This document shows, one piece after another, positions 62,653 through 64,000 of a stretch of 64,000 nt of DNA (its first letter is position 1; every line of letters begins with the position of its first letter). The notes beneath the pieces were generated by a model that saw only the letters and a program-made list of their open reading frames with translations, made no database searches and was not told the origin of the DNA. Source of the stretch: Macrostomum hystrix. Lineage: Eukaryota > Animalia > Platyhelminthes. The DNA lies in NCBI GenBank assembly GCA_950097015.1, contig CATNEN010000003.1, positions 1,736,001 through 1,800,000 of the forward strand, in the 5' to 3' direction. The translations under genes were made by a program, and so were the position numbers.

Positions 62653-63390
62653 ATGGACATCTGCGACGGTTATAAGATTCAGGTTCAAGAGTACGAAGGC
62701 TTGAAGTACATAGCGATAAGAAAGTTCTACCGCCACGGCAGCACTGCAAGTCTGAAACCTGGCGTCCCTGGCTTCAACCTGAATGTTTGCCAATGGGAAA
62801 AGCTGAAGCAACTGAAGCGGTCGCTCGTAGTGTCTGCTCTCAAAAGCGAGTGCAAGGTGGTGAAACTAGGTTTTGATAAGTTTATCGAAGTCAGGGACGG
62901 CATCATCTGGCTCAAGCGGCTGCCTGAGGACTGCTGCGAGGAATTCATGAAGCGTAACGCCGTACCGCTGACCCCACCGCTGTGGAAGAAGCTGTGGCAC
63001 AACGCATCATGGATAGACGGCCAGCTGTCGGCTCCCTTCAAGGACATGCGGACGAAGTACGAGCTGGAGTCAGATGAGGAAGAGCAGGACACGAAGCCCG
63101 TCCTGGAGGCCGAGAGATCTGAAGGCAATGGTGGAGACGGAGACGAGATCGGCTCGCCTAGAATGCTGCAGATCGACACCGAGGCTGCCACATCCACGCC
63201 GCTTCCCCTGGCTAGCGCTGGGGATGGACGGATCCCGTCTCGGGACTCGGACTTGCGGGAGGACCCGGTGTGGTACCAGTTCCGGGCGGCTGCGGCTGCG
63301 GCGGCCAGCGGTAGCAGGAAGCGCAAACAGCCGTTTCCACTTCGTCGGCAGGAGGCAATGAAGCTTACCAGGCTGCACTTCGATGAGTGA
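62653..63390 (+). CDS. PC4-like ssDNA-binding domain protein (element-encoded), 245 aa
   Basis: IQVQEYEGLKYIAIRKFY..LKPGVPGFNLNVCQWEKL fits the PC4 pattern; a second degenerate repeat ends VPLTPPLWKKL; acidic tail; intronless. Confidence 0.75.
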   Translation: MDICDGYKIQVQEYEGLKYIAIRKFYRHGSTASLKPGVPGFNLNVCQWEKLKQLKRSLVVSALKSECKVVKLGFDKFIEVRDGIIWLKRLPEDCCEEFMKRNAVPLTPPLWKKLWHNASWIDGQLSAPFKDMRTKYELESDEEEQDTKPVLEAERSEGNGGDGDEIGSPRMLQIDTEAATSTPLPLASAGDGRIPSRDSDLREDPVWYQFRAAAAAAASGSRKRKQPFPLRRQEAMKLTRLHFDE

Positions 63391-63647
63391 CTGAACAGTG
63401 TGCTCTAATGCATCTGACTGCTTTTGTGCTCAAATCAGCTGCTCAATTTGTAATTTTGACAGTGTTAAAAGCCAGCTACTTAATGTTTTTTCCCATTTAT
63501 TCAGTGTTCACAATTGCTTCTGCATTTTTATGGTGCTGGTTGTTTTTCGACGCCGGTCGATTTTCTGTTACAGTGAATTACAAAAAACCTAAGAAAATGA
63601 ATTGCTCATGCTAGAGAAAGCAAGCCTTGCTTCGTTCTAAACTGGTC

Positions 63648-64000
63648 ATGGAGAAAATTTACTTTAACCCTGCTCAACCAGCCAGCTTTTCCAGTGCCTC
63701 AAAATTGCAGCATGAAATGAGAGAAAGAGGTGGTCGTGAGACCACTAAGAGCATAGAGCAGTGGCTGTGTGAGCAGCCAGTGCACACATTACACAAGCCA
63801 GCTAGAAGGCGATACCCAAGAGCACCAATCATAGTGCGATCCATTGACGATCAATGGGAGCTTGACTTGGTTGAGATGATTCCATTCGCAAAGTACAATA
63901 ATGGCTACAAGTACATTCTCACATGCATTGATGTGCTGTCCAAATGTGCATGGGCCAGGCCATTGAAAAATAAATCAGCTGCAGAAGTGAAGTCCGCATT
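63648..64000 (+). CDS. Polinton/Maverick c-integrase, N-terminal part (open at the window edge)
   Basis: Hand translation: MEKIYFNPAQPASFSSASKL..IEQWLCEQPVHTLHKPARRRYPRAPIIVRSIDDQWELDLVEM..NNGYKYILTCIDVLSKCAWARPLKNKSAAEV. Confidence 0.92.
   Translation, partial: MEKIYFNPAQPASFSSASKLQHEMRERGGRETTKSIEQWLCEQPVHTLHKPARRRYPRAPIIVRSIDDQWELDLVEMIPFAKYNNGYKYILTCIDVLSKCAWARPLKNKSAAEVKSA

Larger units (their letters stand above)
61450..64000 (+). mobile_element. Left end of a Polinton/Maverick (adintovirus-like) element, continuing beyond the window
   Basis: Begins AGTAGT at an abrupt switch from AT-rich to purine/GC-rich sequence; repeat-laden subterminal region; PC4-like ORF followed by a c-integrase ORF. 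Confidence 0.8.

Overview
Metazoan genomic DNA with GT-AG introns and many minisatellites. The lineage is inferred to be a free-living flatworm (Macrostomum-like), which cannot be proven from the window. Minus strand, four co-oriented spliced genes: MAP2K1/MEK1 (38973-20196), a FAM107-like gene (17168-16647), SRPRB (15559-13868) and a KCNQ1-type K+ channel (from 10633, running off the left edge). Plus strand: a 6-exon DDX60 helicase gene (45510-54260) with an inserted ZZ zinc finger. Two small spliced genes missed by the ORF track encode signal-peptide-bearing, conotoxin-like inhibitor-cystine-knot peptides. One is nested antisense in a DDX60 intron (50833-50087) and its paralog lies at 60264-59728. 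MEK1 and DDX60 diverge from a CpG-retaining patch at about 42.4-42.85 kb that is flanked on both sides by 2-2.5 kb almost devoid of CpG, a likely methylation footprint. SRPRB has no usable genomic ATG, consistent with a spliced-leader-donated AUG and possibly an operon. Mobile DNA: an internally deleted mariner, a hAT transposase pseudogene, two tRNA-derived SINE families, several MITE-like fold-backs, and the left end of a Polinton/Maverick (PC4-like gene plus c-integrase) from 61450 to the window end. About 18 distinct minisatellite arrays account for most of the long ORFs in the track. All homology calls are from motif recognition by eye; no searches were run.
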